Notes: generated by a model not told the origin, from the letters alone. Positions 30,134 to 39,391 are shown, numbered from the stretch's first letter. The stretch is DNA of 64,000 bases from a bacterium (GCA_963674695.2 CAXXGI010000003.1:448001-512000), one strand, 5' to 3'. Numbers and translations: made by a program.

Positions 30134-30667
30134 ATGTCCACAGCCAACCCCCCGGTTTTGCTCACCCAGGCCGACATGGATGCGGCGCTCATCGACGTGG
30201 CCAAGAAGGTCATCAGTGACGGCACGGAGAATGTGGCGCTCGTGGGCATTCGCACACGCGGCGTGCCGCTGGCCGACTGGCTGGCCAAGAAGATCGAGAT
30301 CATCCAGCACAAGCCGATCGATGTCGGCTGCCTCGACATCAACCTCTATCGCGATGACCTTTCTGAAGTGAGCGACAAGCCCATCGTCAAGCCGCCGCAG
30401 CTGCCGTTTTCCATCGCGGGTAAGGGAATCATCCTCGTCGACGACGTGCTCTACACCGGTCGCACCATTCGTGCCGCCATGGACGCGCTCGTCGATCACG
30501 GCCGGCCGAAGTTCATCCGCCTCATGGTGATGGTCGATCGCGGCTGGCGCGAGCTGCCGATCCAGGCCGACTATGTCGCCAAGGCCGTCACCACGACGGC
30601 CACGCAGAACGTCAAGGTGCGCTTCCAAGAGACCGATGGTGTCAACGAAGTCCTGGTGAAGGGGTGA
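30134..30667 (+). CDS. pyrR: Pyrimidine regulatory protein / uracil phosphoribosyltransferase
   Basis: GIRTRGVPLA, LDINLYRDD, ILVDDVLYTGRTIRAAMDA, RELPIQADYV. Confidence 0.95.
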   Translation: MSTANPPVLLTQADMDAALIDVAKKVISDGTENVALVGIRTRGVPLADWLAKKIEIIQHKPIDVGCLDINLYRDDLSEVSDKPIVKPPQLPFSIAGKGIILVDDVLYTGRTIRAAMDALVDHGRPKFIRLMVMVDRGWRELPIQADYVAKAVTTTATQNVKVRFQETDGVNEVLVKG

Positions 30668-30669
30668 CG

Positions 30670-31662
30670 ATGTCCAGCGAACTCTATCATGTCCTGCGAT
30701 CCGACCAGTTCGACCGCCCGATGCTCGACGAAATCTATGAGGTCACCAACCGCCTGCGGCAGGTCGCGCGCAGCAAACGCGGCCGCGATTATCTGCGCAC
30801 GCTCATGTCCGACCGGCGCGCCATGCTCTACTTCACGCAACCGTCGACCCGCACCTTTCTCTCCTTCATCAACGCCTGTCAGATCTTGGGCATCGCCACC
30901 TCCGAGATTCGCGATTCCAACACCTCATCCGAGATGAAAGGGGAGACGCCCGAGGACGCCATCCGCACCTTTTCGAGCTATGTCGATCTGATCATCATGC
31001 GCTCGCAGACGGCAGGCTTGGCCGAACGCATCGCGGGGCTGCTCGACAGCACGCCGCGACGCGTGCCGGTGATCAGCGGCGGTTCCGGAAAGGACGAACA
31101 TCCCACGCAGGCGCTGCTCGACGTCTACACGCTCCGGCGCTCCTTCAAGAAGGTGGGCGGTCTCGAGGGCAAACGCGTGGCGATGGTGGGCGATGTCCTG
31201 CGCGGTCGCACCGTGCGATCGCTCGCGCGCCTCATGCGACACTTTGAAGGCGTGGAGATCGTCTTCGTCTCGCCCGAGCAGCTCAAGATTGCCGATGACC
31301 TGCGCAGCTATCTCACCGAGCACAGCGTTCCCTTTCAGGAGACGGACGCGTTCGAGGATGTGCTGCCCGAGGCGGATGCCATCTATATGACGCGCATCCA
31401 GGACGAGCACGATGCGAAGGGGGAGTCCAAGGCAATCGACTACTCGCGCTTCAGCCTCACCTTCGATCACCTCGAACGATTGAAAAAAGATGCGGTCATC
31501 ATGCATCCGTTGCCGCGGCGGCAGGAGATCGACGTGCGCGTCGATGCCGATCCGCGGGCGAAGTACTGGCGCCAGGAGCGCAACGGCATGTGGACGCGCG
31601 TGGCGCTCATCGCGCGCATCTTTGGCGTGCATCGCGACATCACCGAACCGTTCGGAGGGTAG
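30670..31662 (+). CDS. pyrB: Aspartate carbamoyltransferase
   Basis: PSTRT, HPTQALLD, GRTVRS, YMTRIQ, MHPLPR. Confidence 0.93.
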   Translation: MSSELYHVLRSDQFDRPMLDEIYEVTNRLRQVARSKRGRDYLRTLMSDRRAMLYFTQPSTRTFLSFINACQILGIATSEIRDSNTSSEMKGETPEDAIRTFSSYVDLIIMRSQTAGLAERIAGLLDSTPRRVPVISGGSGKDEHPTQALLDVYTLRRSFKKVGGLEGKRVAMVGDVLRGRTVRSLARLMRHFEGVEIVFVSPEQLKIADDLRSYLTEHSVPFQETDAFEDVLPEADAIYMTRIQDEHDAKGESKAIDYSRFSLTFDHLERLKKDAVIMHPLPRRQEIDVRVDADPRAKYWRQERNGMWTRVALIARIFGVHRDITEPFGG

Positions 31663-31665
31663 GGC

Positions 31666-32949
31666 GTGCGCGCAATCTGCAACGGAAACCTCGTCGATCC
31701 GGCAGGCAAGCTGGATGACGTGCGCAATCTCTTCATCGAGGCGGGGCGCATTGCCGAGGTGAGCGAGCGCGAGCCGGATTCCGGCGATGAGATCATCGAC
31801 GCGACCGGCTGTATCGTGACACCCGGGTTTATCGATCTGCATGTCCATCTGCGTGAGCCGGGATTTGAGTATAAGGAAGATATCGAGACGGGTTCGCGCG
31901 CGGCGGCGGCCGGTGGGTATACGACGATGTGTTGCATGCCCAACACCAAGCCCGCCTGTGACAGCGCCGAGATCGTGCGCAGCATCTGCAATCGCGCGCA
32001 TGAGGTGAACCTGACGCGCGTGATCCCCGTGGGGGCGATCAGCCAGGGGCTTGCCGGAGGGGCGCTCTCCGAGATCGAGGCGATGGCGCGTGAAGGCGTG
32101 AGGGCGCTCTCCGATGACGGTATGGGCGTTCAGAGCGATCTGCTCATGTGCGAGGCCCTGATGTTGGCGAAGGTGCTCGGGCTGGTCGTCATGAGCCACT
32201 CCGAGGCCAAACCCGCTGGGGTCGATGGCATCGTGAACGATGGCGCGCATGCCGCCCGGCTGGGGTTTGCGGGCATTCCGCGGGCGTGGGAGAACGACAT
32301 GATCGTGCGCGATATCGCCCTGGCGCAGGAGACCGGCGCGCGCATGCACCTGGCGCACGTGAGCACGGCCGAGGGGATCGCGGCGGTACGCGCGGCCAAG
32401 GCCGCCGGCGTTGCGGTCACCTGTGAGGTCACGCCGCACCATCTGTTGCTGACCGAGGATGATCTCGACCGCCTGGGCGCGATGGGAAAGATGAAGCCGC
32501 CGCTGCGCACGAGCGCCGATGTCGAGGCGCTCATTGCGGGTCTTATCGACGGCACGGTCGATGCGATCGCCACGGATCACGCCCCGCATGCGGCGGATGA
32601 GAAGAAGGATCTGGCCAGCGCGGCCTTTGGCGTCATCGGCATGGAGACCGCCTTTGCCGTCTGTCATGACCGACTGGTGGAAAGGGGAATCATCACGCTT
32701 GCGCGCCTGATCGAACTCTTCACCGCGGGCCCGGCGCGTGTCCTTCCGGGCACGGGCGGAACGCTCGACGTGGGCGCGAGCGCGGATGTGACGATCGTCG
32801 ATCCGAAGCAGAGTTGGACCATCGACCCGGAGGCCTTTGCCTCGAAGGCGCGCAACACGCCCTTCGCGGGATGGACGGTGCAGGGCAGGGTGGTTCGCAC
32901 GATTCGCGATGGACGGGATATGTATAATCTGACGTGTCCGAATGGGTAG
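31666..32949 (+). CDS. pyrC: Dihydroorotase
   Basis: DLHVHLREPG, MPNT, EVTPHHL, ATDHAPH, NTPF. Confidence 0.94.
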   Translation: MRAICNGNLVDPAGKLDDVRNLFIEAGRIAEVSEREPDSGDEIIDATGCIVTPGFIDLHVHLREPGFEYKEDIETGSRAAAAGGYTTMCCMPNTKPACDSAEIVRSICNRAHEVNLTRVIPVGAISQGLAGGALSEIEAMAREGVRALSDDGMGVQSDLLMCEALMLAKVLGLVVMSHSEAKPAGVDGIVNDGAHAARLGFAGIPRAWENDMIVRDIALAQETGARMHLAHVSTAEGIAAVRAAKAAGVAVTCEVTPHHLLLTEDDLDRLGAMGKMKPPLRTSADVEALIAGLIDGTVDAIATDHAPHAADEKKDLASAAFGVIGMETAFAVCHDRLVERGIITLARLIELFTAGPARVLPGTGGTLDVGASADVTIVDPKQSWTIDPEAFASKARNTPFAGWTVQGRVVRTIRDGRDMYNLTCPNG

Positions 32950-32952
32950 GTC

Positions 32953-33016
32953 GAGATTCCCGCGTTCGCGGGAATGACACCCCTTGCATTGTCATCTCCG
33001 TGAAAACGGGGATCTC
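32953..33016. repeat. Inverted pair of REP-like palindromes (ATTCCC-N8-GGGAAT type)
   Basis: GAGATTCCCGCGTTCGCGGGAATGACA (32953-32979) and TGTCATCTCCGTGAAAACGGGGATCTC (32990-33016). Confidence 0.75.
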
Positions 33017-33057
33017 GATGTAGTTGCCCGGGAATGACGACGGAAAAAGTGAAACCA

Positions 33058-33954
33058 ATGGTTGAAAAGAAACTTATCAAGAAAGGGTCGAAAAACGGTG
33101 CTATTGCCGTCACCGATCCGTTGCAGCGATACCTCCAGGAGGTGCATGCCTATCCGATGCTCACCCCTGAGGAAGAGGTGGAACTTGCGCGCCGCTATCA
33201 TGAGGAAGGTGACATCGAGGCGGCCAAGAAACTCGTGACCACGCACCTGCGACTCGTGGCCAAGATCGCCATGGAGTATCGCAACGCCTACCACAACGTC
33301 TTGGACCTCATCCAGGAGGGGAACGTCGGCCTGATGCAGGCCGTGGCCCACTTCAGCACGGAGGGGGGCGCGCGCCTCGGCCATTACGCCTCCTGGTGGA
33401 TTCGGTCCTTTATTCTCAAGTACATCCTCGAGAACTTTCGTCTCATCAAGCTGGGGACGACCAAGGAGCAGAAGAAGCTCTTCTACAATTTGATGCGCGA
33501 AAAAGAGCGGATCGAGAAGATGGGATATTATGCGACGTCGAGTGAGCTTTCTCGGCGGCTCGGCGTCGATGAAAAGAAGGTCATCGACATGGAGCATCGT
33601 CTGACCACGCCGGAATATTCGATGCACGCCCCGGTCGGCTCCGGCGATGGCGAAGCGCTACTAGAGGATTTCCTGCCGGTCGATGATGCCCAGCCGGATG
33701 AGCACGTCGCTCGGGAAGAGACGCGTGATCTGCTGGCACAGAAGTTTAAGGAGTTCGCCGGGGGCTTGAACGAGCGCGACCTGAAGATCTTCGAGGAGCG
33801 GCTCATGGCGGAACTTCCGCTCACGCTCAAGGAGATCGCCGAGGAATATGGCATCACAAAGGAGCGGGTACGCCAGCTCGAGGCGCGTCTCATCGGGGGG
33901 CTCAAGGCGTTCTTGCAGGAGAGCGGCATTGACGAAGGGACGCTGCAGTTCTAG
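33058..33954 (+). CDS. rpoH: RNA polymerase sigma factor, sigma-32 family
   Basis: LRLVAKIA, DLIQEGNVGLM, RpoH-box-like KLGTTKEQKKLFYNL, TKERVRQLE. Confidence 0.85.
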   Translation: MVEKKLIKKGSKNGAIAVTDPLQRYLQEVHAYPMLTPEEEVELARRYHEEGDIEAAKKLVTTHLRLVAKIAMEYRNAYHNVLDLIQEGNVGLMQAVAHFSTEGGARLGHYASWWIRSFILKYILENFRLIKLGTTKEQKKLFYNLMREKERIEKMGYYATSSELSRRLGVDEKKVIDMEHRLTTPEYSMHAPVGSGDGEALLEDFLPVDDAQPDEHVAREETRDLLAQKFKEFAGGLNERDLKIFEERLMAELPLTLKEIAEEYGITKERVRQLEARLIGGLKAFLQESGIDEGTLQF

Positions 33955-33987
33955 AGAGGCCCTGGCTGCATTCGGGGTGGGGAGATC

Positions 33988-34014
33988 GAGATTCCCGCTT
34001 TCGTGGGAATGACA
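33988..34014. repeat. REP-like palindrome
   Basis: GAGATTCCCGCTTTCGTGGGAATGACA, near-identical to 32953-32979. Confidence 0.75.
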
Positions 34015-34052
34015 TCGATTGTCAGTAATGCAGAAAAAGAGTTGCGTGAAAG

Positions 34053-34080
34053 ATGTTACATAATATATCTTATACGACGT
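34053..34080 (-). other. dif-like XerC/XerD recombination site at the prophage boundary
   Basis: Minus strand ACGTCGTATAA-GATATA-TTATGTAACAT vs E. coli dif GGTGCGCATAA-TGTATA-TTATGTTAAAT: same 11-6-11 layout; gene orientation flips here. Confidence 0.8.
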
Positions 34081-34098
34081 CCGCAGTACGAACAAAAA

Positions 34099-34194
34099 TA
34101 ATCACAACAACGCACAGACTTGCGACAGACACCCGCTAAGATGGTGTCGCGGCCCTTGCGGGCAATCCATGCGTTGTTGTGATTAGCGGGTGTC
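34099..34194 (-). ncRNA. Candidate structured element (pseudoknot-like) adjacent to dif
   Basis: Perfect 16-bp pairing 34099-34114/34170-34185 and 12-bp pairing 34128-34139/34183-34194 interleaved; GCAA tetraloop hairpin on the minus strand. Confidence 0.45.
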
Positions 34195-34235
34195 ATATTT
34201 ATTTTGTTACTCCCCTGAAAAACAAAACTCAAGAG

Positions 34236-34403
34236 CTATTTTCTCTCGGGCCACTTTTTTCCCTCACGCCGCATACGTTCCATGAGCGATTGGATGCAAT
34301 AGTTGTTCGCCGATTGGAGGGCGGCCCTGGCCGCGCGATTGACCGACTCTAGCTCTGCCGGTGTAACTCTGACGTGAATTGTCTTCTTGTCTCGTTCCCG
34401 CAT
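34236..34403 (-). CDS. Ribbon-helix-helix (Arc-like) DNA-binding protein
   Basis: KTIHVRVTPAELESVNRAARAALQSANNYC pattern; RBS GGAGGG; TTGACG upstream. Confidence 0.65.
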   Translation of the reverse strand: MRERDKKTIHVRVTPAELESVNRAARAALQSANNYCIQSLMERMRREGKKWPERK

Positions 34404-34538
34404 CTCGTCCCTCCGATGTACGAATACTTCCACAGTAGGCCCACAGCGTCAACAAAAAAGCGCATGAGCCCTCCGCTGACCATGGCATTACAATGGCATT
34501 TAATGGGGGTTACAGTGAAATCATATTTTTTCGGGAAT

Positions 34539-34757
34539 TTAGCTGTTCTCCGCAACCGCGAGCTGCGCCCAATGCTCGGACTCCAGTCGGGCGTGATAAT
34601 GCGCGATGAGAGCTCCCAGGGCGATCTCTGCGTCGATATTGCCATGCACGGCGTTCCGGGCCTGGTCGATGAGCCTCTGCTCCTCAATCTCTCTCCGGTT
34701 TCGGGGGGACGACTCCACCTGCCCGCCGTCGTGGTTGTTGTATTTACCGATGCTCAT
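34539..34757 (-). CDS. Phage hypothetical protein
   Basis: 72-aa ORF overlapping the end of the spanin-like gene. Confidence 0.45.
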   Translation of the reverse strand: MSIGKYNNHDGGQVESSPRNRREIEEQRLIDQARNAVHGNIDAEIALGALIAHYHARLESEHWAQLAVAENS

Positions 34758-35001
34758 TCCAGACCGGCTCTTTCTCAACCTTGATGATATATGTTTTCAC
34801 GTTCTCATCATTGATAAGCACGGGGACAATCGTCACCTCGCACCATTCCTCGCCGTCGATAACGTGACAATTCCGCACCTGCACAGGCAATAAATCCGGC
34901 CTACGGTGCATCGGGCGCTTCGTCAGGCCAGCTGGACAACATCCGAGCAGCATCATCAGCAGGCACAAAGCCAGACAGGATTTTATAAACACGTTTATCA
35001 T
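34744..35001 (-). CDS. Putative outer-membrane spanin (Rz1-like lipoprotein)
   Basis: Lipobox LLGC, Pro-containing; starts inside the preceding TM gene in the lysis cassette. Confidence 0.6.
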   Translation of the reverse strand: MINVFIKSCLALCLLMMLLGCCPAGLTKRPMHRRPDLLPVQVRNCHVIDGEEWCEVTIVPVLINDENVKTYIIKVEKEPVWNEHR

Positions 35002-35221
35002 GGGCCACCTCGATCTCTTCCTGGTCCTCAGTCGATTCGTTGATTTCCGTGATTTGTTTGGTGGCGGTCGTTTCTTGTCGCGCTACATTCCGGTTGTGTT
35101 CGTATTGACAACCCTTCAGAAAGCCCGCAAAGAAAATGCCCGCAGCAATAGCCATGCAGATCGTATATTTGTTGACGAGCAGTTCCTTCGCGGTTTTCCC
35201 TGCAAGAATTGAAAATATCAT
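34901..35221 (-). CDS. Putative inner-membrane spanin (Rz-like)
   Basis: N-terminal TM then helical periplasmic region; follows holin; overlaps the lipoprotein gene. Confidence 0.6.
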   Translation of the reverse strand: MIFSILAGKTAKELLVNKYTICMAIAAGIFFAGFLKGCQYEHNRNVARQETTATKQITEINESTEDQEEIEVAHDKRVYKILSGFVPADDAARMLSSWPDEAPDAP

Positions 35222-35412
35222 TTCGCCTGTTCCTTCTTCGCCAGCCCGCGACTGATCGTATATGCGGACGTTGTGATGCCCATAATCGTAGACGCGACGA
35301 TCATTGCAGCGGCGGCATGACCGGAATAGATGCCCGCGAGAGCCGTAAACATCGCACCGAGATTGACAAAAACTGTAATCCAAAATTCAGAAGTCTTTGC
35401 GCCAGCTCGCAT
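35218..35412 (-). CDS. Putative holin
   Basis: 64 aa, two TM helices, KTSEFW start, basic C-terminus; next to endolysin. Confidence 0.65.
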   Translation of the reverse strand: MRAGAKTSEFWITVFVNLGAMFTALAGIYSGHAAAAMIVASTIMGITTSAYTISRGLAKKEQAK

Positions 35413-35421
35413 AGGTCCCCC

Positions 35422-35784
35422 TCAAGGCAACTGAAAATGACAGTCTTCCATGCGCAGATTTATCAACCCAAGACTGTTCCCAATCTCGACGGCCCTCTTC
35501 CATGCTGGGCCTTTCGTGTTCCAGTCGAGTTTGCCGCCGACCGAGATCGCAATGTCGAACGCCATTGCTGGCAATGAGTTGTGCCGACTCTTCCCAGGTT
35601 TGCAGCGCGTAAGTATCTTTCCCGATTTTGTTCTGCCCTGTGCGTATAGCTCCGCCTGCTCTTCGTTCGATCTGTGAGTGCACGTCAGGAATGCGTCATA
35701 TCCGGCTTCGTCCATCATTGCGTCCATCTTCGCCCACGCCGCCTTCAGTTTCGGAGCCAAGAGATTTGGGTTTCGACTGGCCAT
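35422..35784 (-). CDS. Endolysin, M15 family L-Ala-D-Glu peptidase
   Basis: HRSNEEQAELYAQGRT, SRHN...AFDI, DCHFQL. Confidence 0.85.
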   Translation of the reverse strand: MASRNPNLLAPKLKAAWAKMDAMMDEAGYDAFLTCTHRSNEEQAELYAQGRTKSGKILTRCKPGKSRHNSLPAMAFDIAISVGGKLDWNTKGPAWKRAVEIGNSLGLINLRMEDCHFQLP

Positions 35785-35786
35785 AT

Positions 35787-36005
35787 TCACGTTCCCCGCT
35801 TCATCCACTCCTTCAGCCACAACAACACAAACCCAACCATCGCTGCGACAAACGCAATCGCCCCTGTGATCCGGTGTCGCCACTGTGTGTTTTTCTTCAC
35901 GGCATCACACACCCCGTCGATCTTTTCGCCCATCGCATCGACGGACGCCTTCATGCTTCCTATCTTTTCCGATATATCAATGAGGATAACGCGCTCGTCG
36001 GTCAT
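35787..36005 (-). CDS. Small coiled-coil/C-terminal TM phage protein (lysis-associated)
   Basis: Heptad-like N-terminus plus one TM helix, just upstream of endolysin. Confidence 0.55.
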   Translation of the reverse strand: MTDERVILIDISEKIGSMKASVDAMGEKIDGVCDAVKKNTQWRHRITGAIAFVAAMVGFVLLWLKEWMKRGT

Positions 36006-37648
36006 AACACCGCCTTGTAGATTGAATGATTCCCGCTCACGTCTGAATAGGATATTTTTGTTCCGACGGTTAGGACTCTGAAGCTGATATATTTTATGGA
36101 GGTATATGAAGTATCTGTCGCGGATAACTGCTCTATATCATCAACATAGACCTTCATAACTCCCGCGGCTGATATTGTCCAAGTGTGTTTATGCCAAGCA
36201 TCCATCGTAAAAACGCCACCTGTAACTAGATAGTTCATTTCTTTTCTCAAAGCTATTGAACCATTGCTGTATGTAACATTGTAATTTGTTCCGGTTGATA
36301 TATCGTCAATCACTTCCTCGCTCAGTTGAAAATATACCTGAGCACCAAACGGAGTTGGCATTTTCATCCAGAATTCGAACCTTCCATGCAACGCCTCCGT
36401 TGGAGTTTGCCCGAATACAGAAATCGGCATGCTGAAATTACCAATAGATACATTTTCAATCGCTTTCACATCCGCGCCGTTAATTGAATCGGTTGAGATT
36501 CGCCATAAGCCAGAATCAATAGTAAATGGTGTGTTTTCTAAAAACCCTCCAGTTCTGGTTGATGCTGAAACATGAGCACCCCAATCGGTTTTCCACGATT
36601 CAGGGTAAATCTTTCCAACCTCGACCACGTTCACGTTATCGAACCACACGCTGTTAATGGTCGTTCCGTTATAATAAAATTGTACGCTCGCATTTGTCGC
36701 AACGAATGTTTCGTCAAACGATTGAAACGACGCATCGGTTGTGCCAACCCACAGGGTGGCGCCAGAATACACGCGAGGGGGCACCGTTCCGTTCCCACGA
36801 GCTTTGCCTGTCACTCGATACGTTTTGCCGACTTCAAGAAATGACTGATACGCCCCGGGGTTGTTCGCGCCGGTTCCAGTGATTTTCAACGACCGCGTCC
36901 CGCTATATTTTATAGTGGTGTCTTTTGTTAGGTCTCCGCTTCCGCAGGCCAGCCATGACGCAACACCAGCCGCTTCCATATCGCCGTCGGCAATTTCGTT
37001 TGGGTCGGATTGTTTTGCTTTCGCAGTCGCCTTCTGCGGCCACCGCATTCCCTCCATCTCATCTTGTACATCAGAGATTTCGGTGTCAGTTAAAATCCGA
37101 TTTACAATGACGATCCATGCAATCAGACCGTCATACGTTCTCGTCCCGTCCGATCTATTCCCGACAATCACATTCGTGGTCCCCGCTGCTGGCGTTCCGC
37201 TCGCGGAATCGGAGACTGTTTCGATGGCGTCTTTGAAGATGTTTACGACGCCCGCGCTGGTTCTGGTAATCCCGATCACAACGGGTGTGCCATAGTCTAT
37301 GGCGCAATTCGCCGTAACGGTTCCACCGCCATTCGACGACACATTGACGGCGCTCAAGTCCGGCGTCTGGACAATGAATTTGCCATTATCCAAAAATTTA
37401 CCGTAACCATTTTGGCCTTTGGATCTGGCATTTATTTTAAAAACAACGGATATGTCCCCCGCTCCGATGAAATCAGCGCCAAGGTCGATGCCCCCAGCGA
37501 CACCGTCGAAGTTCCACCCGAGTCTGGAAAACGATAGACTGTTGGGCGTTCCGTCTTTGGTGCTACCAAAATCAAGACAGCATCCAGATCGGCCGTCGTG
37601 ATACGAAAGAAGTGCACCCTCGTTTTTAAGCTTCTGGATTGTGCTCAT
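36002..37648 (-). CDS. Putative receptor-binding/tail protein with LamG-like and carbohydrate-binding domains
   Basis: WNFDG...YDGLIAWIVIVNRILTDTEI (LamG-like); IADGDMEA...GTRSLKIT...WFDNVNV (CBM4/9-like). Confidence 0.7.
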   Translation of the reverse strand: MSTIQKLKNEGALLSYHDGRSGCCLDFGSTKDGTPNSLSFSRLGWNFDGVAGGIDLGADFIGAGDISVVFKINARSKGQNGYGKFLDNGKFIVQTPDLSAVNVSSNGGGTVTANCAIDYGTPVVIGITRTSAGVVNIFKDAIETVSDSASGTPAAGTTNVIVGNRSDGTRTYDGLIAWIVIVNRILTDTEISDVQDEMEGMRWPQKATAKAKQSDPNEIADGDMEAAGVASWLACGSGDLTKDTTIKYSGTRSLKITGTGANNPGAYQSFLEVGKTYRVTGKARGNGTVPPRVYSGATLWVGTTDASFQSFDETFVATNASVQFYYNGTTINSVWFDNVNVVEVGKIYPESWKTDWGAHVSASTRTGGFLENTPFTIDSGLWRISTDSINGADVKAIENVSIGNFSMPISVFGQTPTEALHGRFEFWMKMPTPFGAQVYFQLSEEVIDDISTGTNYNVTYSNGSIALRKEMNYLVTGGVFTMDAWHKHTWTISAAGVMKVYVDDIEQLSATDTSYTSIKYISFRVLTVGTKISYSDVSGNHSIYKAVL

Positions 37649-37823
37649 CGTTTACCTCGTGGACAATCGCCATGATTTCGCTGATTTTGTAATGCTCGTT
37701 GTTGGCTATCGGACCGAATATGTATTTCGTTTCGATTGACCTCCCCAACGCAACGAGATCACAACCAACCTCATAAGCGTCATCGATGTGACCTTTGATT
37801 TCTGCTCTCTTTGCTTCGTCCAT
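37626..37823 (-). CDS. Phage hypothetical protein
   Basis: 65-aa ORF with strong RBS GAGGAGGAG. Confidence 0.6.
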   Translation of the reverse strand: MDEAKRAEIKGHIDDAYEVGCDLVALGRSIETKYIFGPIANNEHYKISEIMAIVHEVNDEHNPEA

Positions 37824-37832
37824 AACTCCTCC

Positions 37833-38651
37833 TCACAGAGCCTTCTTGCGCTCATATAAAATTACAGTGTTCGTCGCTCCGCTCGCTACGACCACCCAAC
37901 GATAGCGCCTGTAGTTTAGGTTTGCTTTCGATGCAGTGATGAGCAGTGTTCCATTCGTTACGGTAAGGCTAGCAACCTCAGCATCAACGAGCGAATCGTC
38001 ATCATGGAACTTGATTGCGTTAAAGTCGGCAGTGGCGGCGTCTTCATCGTTCGACACTTCCAGCGTCAATGTCAGAGTTCCATCTGCATCGATGAATTTT
38101 CCAGTCGCGGAAATGTCTTTATACCCATCCATCGTGCCGCCAGTTGCGCTTGGGTAATAATGCGTTGCGGCGGATATGTTCGTCGTATCAACCAAACAGA
38201 CCGGAGTGTGCTGCGCCGAAAGGGGATCTGTTTCGGTGTTACGATTTGAGGTTGTGACAGCAGTGTACGCCTTGTCCGGCCCAATGACCGTGACAACGTA
38301 TTCGTCGGTTGCGGCAAAGGTCGCACCGGCGACGGTAAGAACACCTGCGGCGTAACTGAACGCACTTCCCGTAGGCGAGTACGTCACTGCTTTATCTGCG
38401 CTGACCTGCACTTTCACGCTCACAAACTGCACCGTCGTTGGGGTGTACGGCAACCCGGATAGCGTGATCGTCTCGGCGCTTGTATATGCAACCGTGAAAT
38501 CCTCCGGGCTACGATACGTCGCATCGCCCCCGCCCCCACCACCGGTGGAAACGTCTGCGTTGCCCAGATCAACAGCAACTGCACATTGCCCGTCTTCCCG
38601 TTCCCTGAATTTACTAAATTCCCTTGAATCCATGTCACTCGGTAACGTCAT
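37833..38651 (-). CDS. Putative virion structural protein
   Basis: Thr/Ala/Val-rich beta-type composition in the tail region. Confidence 0.55.
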   Translation of the reverse strand: MTLPSDMDSREFSKFREREDGQCAVAVDLGNADVSTGGGGGGDATYRSPEDFTVAYTSAETITLSGLPYTPTTVQFVSVKVQVSADKAVTYSPTGSAFSYAAGVLTVAGATFAATDEYVVTVIGPDKAYTAVTTSNRNTETDPLSAQHTPVCLVDTTNISAATHYYPSATGGTMDGYKDISATGKFIDADGTLTLTLEVSNDEDAATADFNAIKFHDDDSLVDAEVASLTVTNGTLLITASKANLNYRRYRWVVVASGATNTVILYERKKAL

Positions 38652-38761
38652 TTCGTGCCTCCTTTACTTCGCCGCTAGTTATCTAATTGATATTATTACC
38701 CTATTAAATCCTTGAATGTAGGCCCCGTCTAGGGGTAGTGTCCTCGACAGGAGGCCTTCCA

Positions 38762-39319
38762 ATGAAAAAGCTTATCTGCATTGCCCTTGTATCCATATTC
38801 GTTTCAGCGTGTGGCTCCGGTGGTTCAACGGCGCCGTCTTCATCGCCGTCAGGTGATGTGTCCGCATCCTTGCCCGATATTATCGATCAAATATCGGATG
38901 GTATTTTCAAGTATGCCGATCCATCACTCTACAGAGGCACATACTACAAGGCCAGCAACCCGACCGATACGTGCAGCAGCGACGGTGGAGTTATGCCAGC
39001 CACCATTGAAATCGCTGCCATGACAAACGGCTCAATGGTAATGATCTATGACGAATTTCAAGAAACGCTTGGTTCAATTCCTCAAACCGAATTTGATTTC
39101 TATGTCTTTGAAGGCCTTTACTCCGGGTATTCTTGCCTGTACGCCATGAGCAGCATGAACAGGTCGGGCACCATCGATAAGGCGGTTGCCTATTGCGAAG
39201 ACGCTGATTCGACCTTGTCGTGCGCCGTTGGATACGAGCGCGCTTCCGCTTACGACTTTACAACCACGACAATTAAAGGCGATCCAACAAATGCCTTTAA
39301 GAGCCTTGAGGACTTTTGA
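38762..39319 (+). CDS. Lipoprotein moron, opposite strand to the phage late operon
   Basis: MKKLICIALVSIFVSAC lipobox, Ser/Gly linker, RBS AGGAGG. Confidence 0.75.
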   Translation: MKKLICIALVSIFVSACGSGGSTAPSSSPSGDVSASLPDIIDQISDGIFKYADPSLYRGTYYKASNPTDTCSSDGGVMPATIEIAAMTNGSMVMIYDEFQETLGSIPQTEFDFYVFEGLYSGYSCLYAMSSMNRSGTIDKAVAYCEDADSTLSCAVGYERASAYDFTTTTIKGDPTNAFKSLEDF

Positions 39320-39391
39320 TTTTCAAAGAGCTATGGGCTATATAATCGCAATCATCGCCGGACTTCTCGTTGCCTGGTTTTTCGTCCAGGA

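Noticed and set aside
34060-34196. 46-codon minus-strand ORF (MTPANHNNAW...) across the structured element and dif
   Set aside because: RBS is too far from the ATG, there is no recognisable motif, and it runs through the recombination site.
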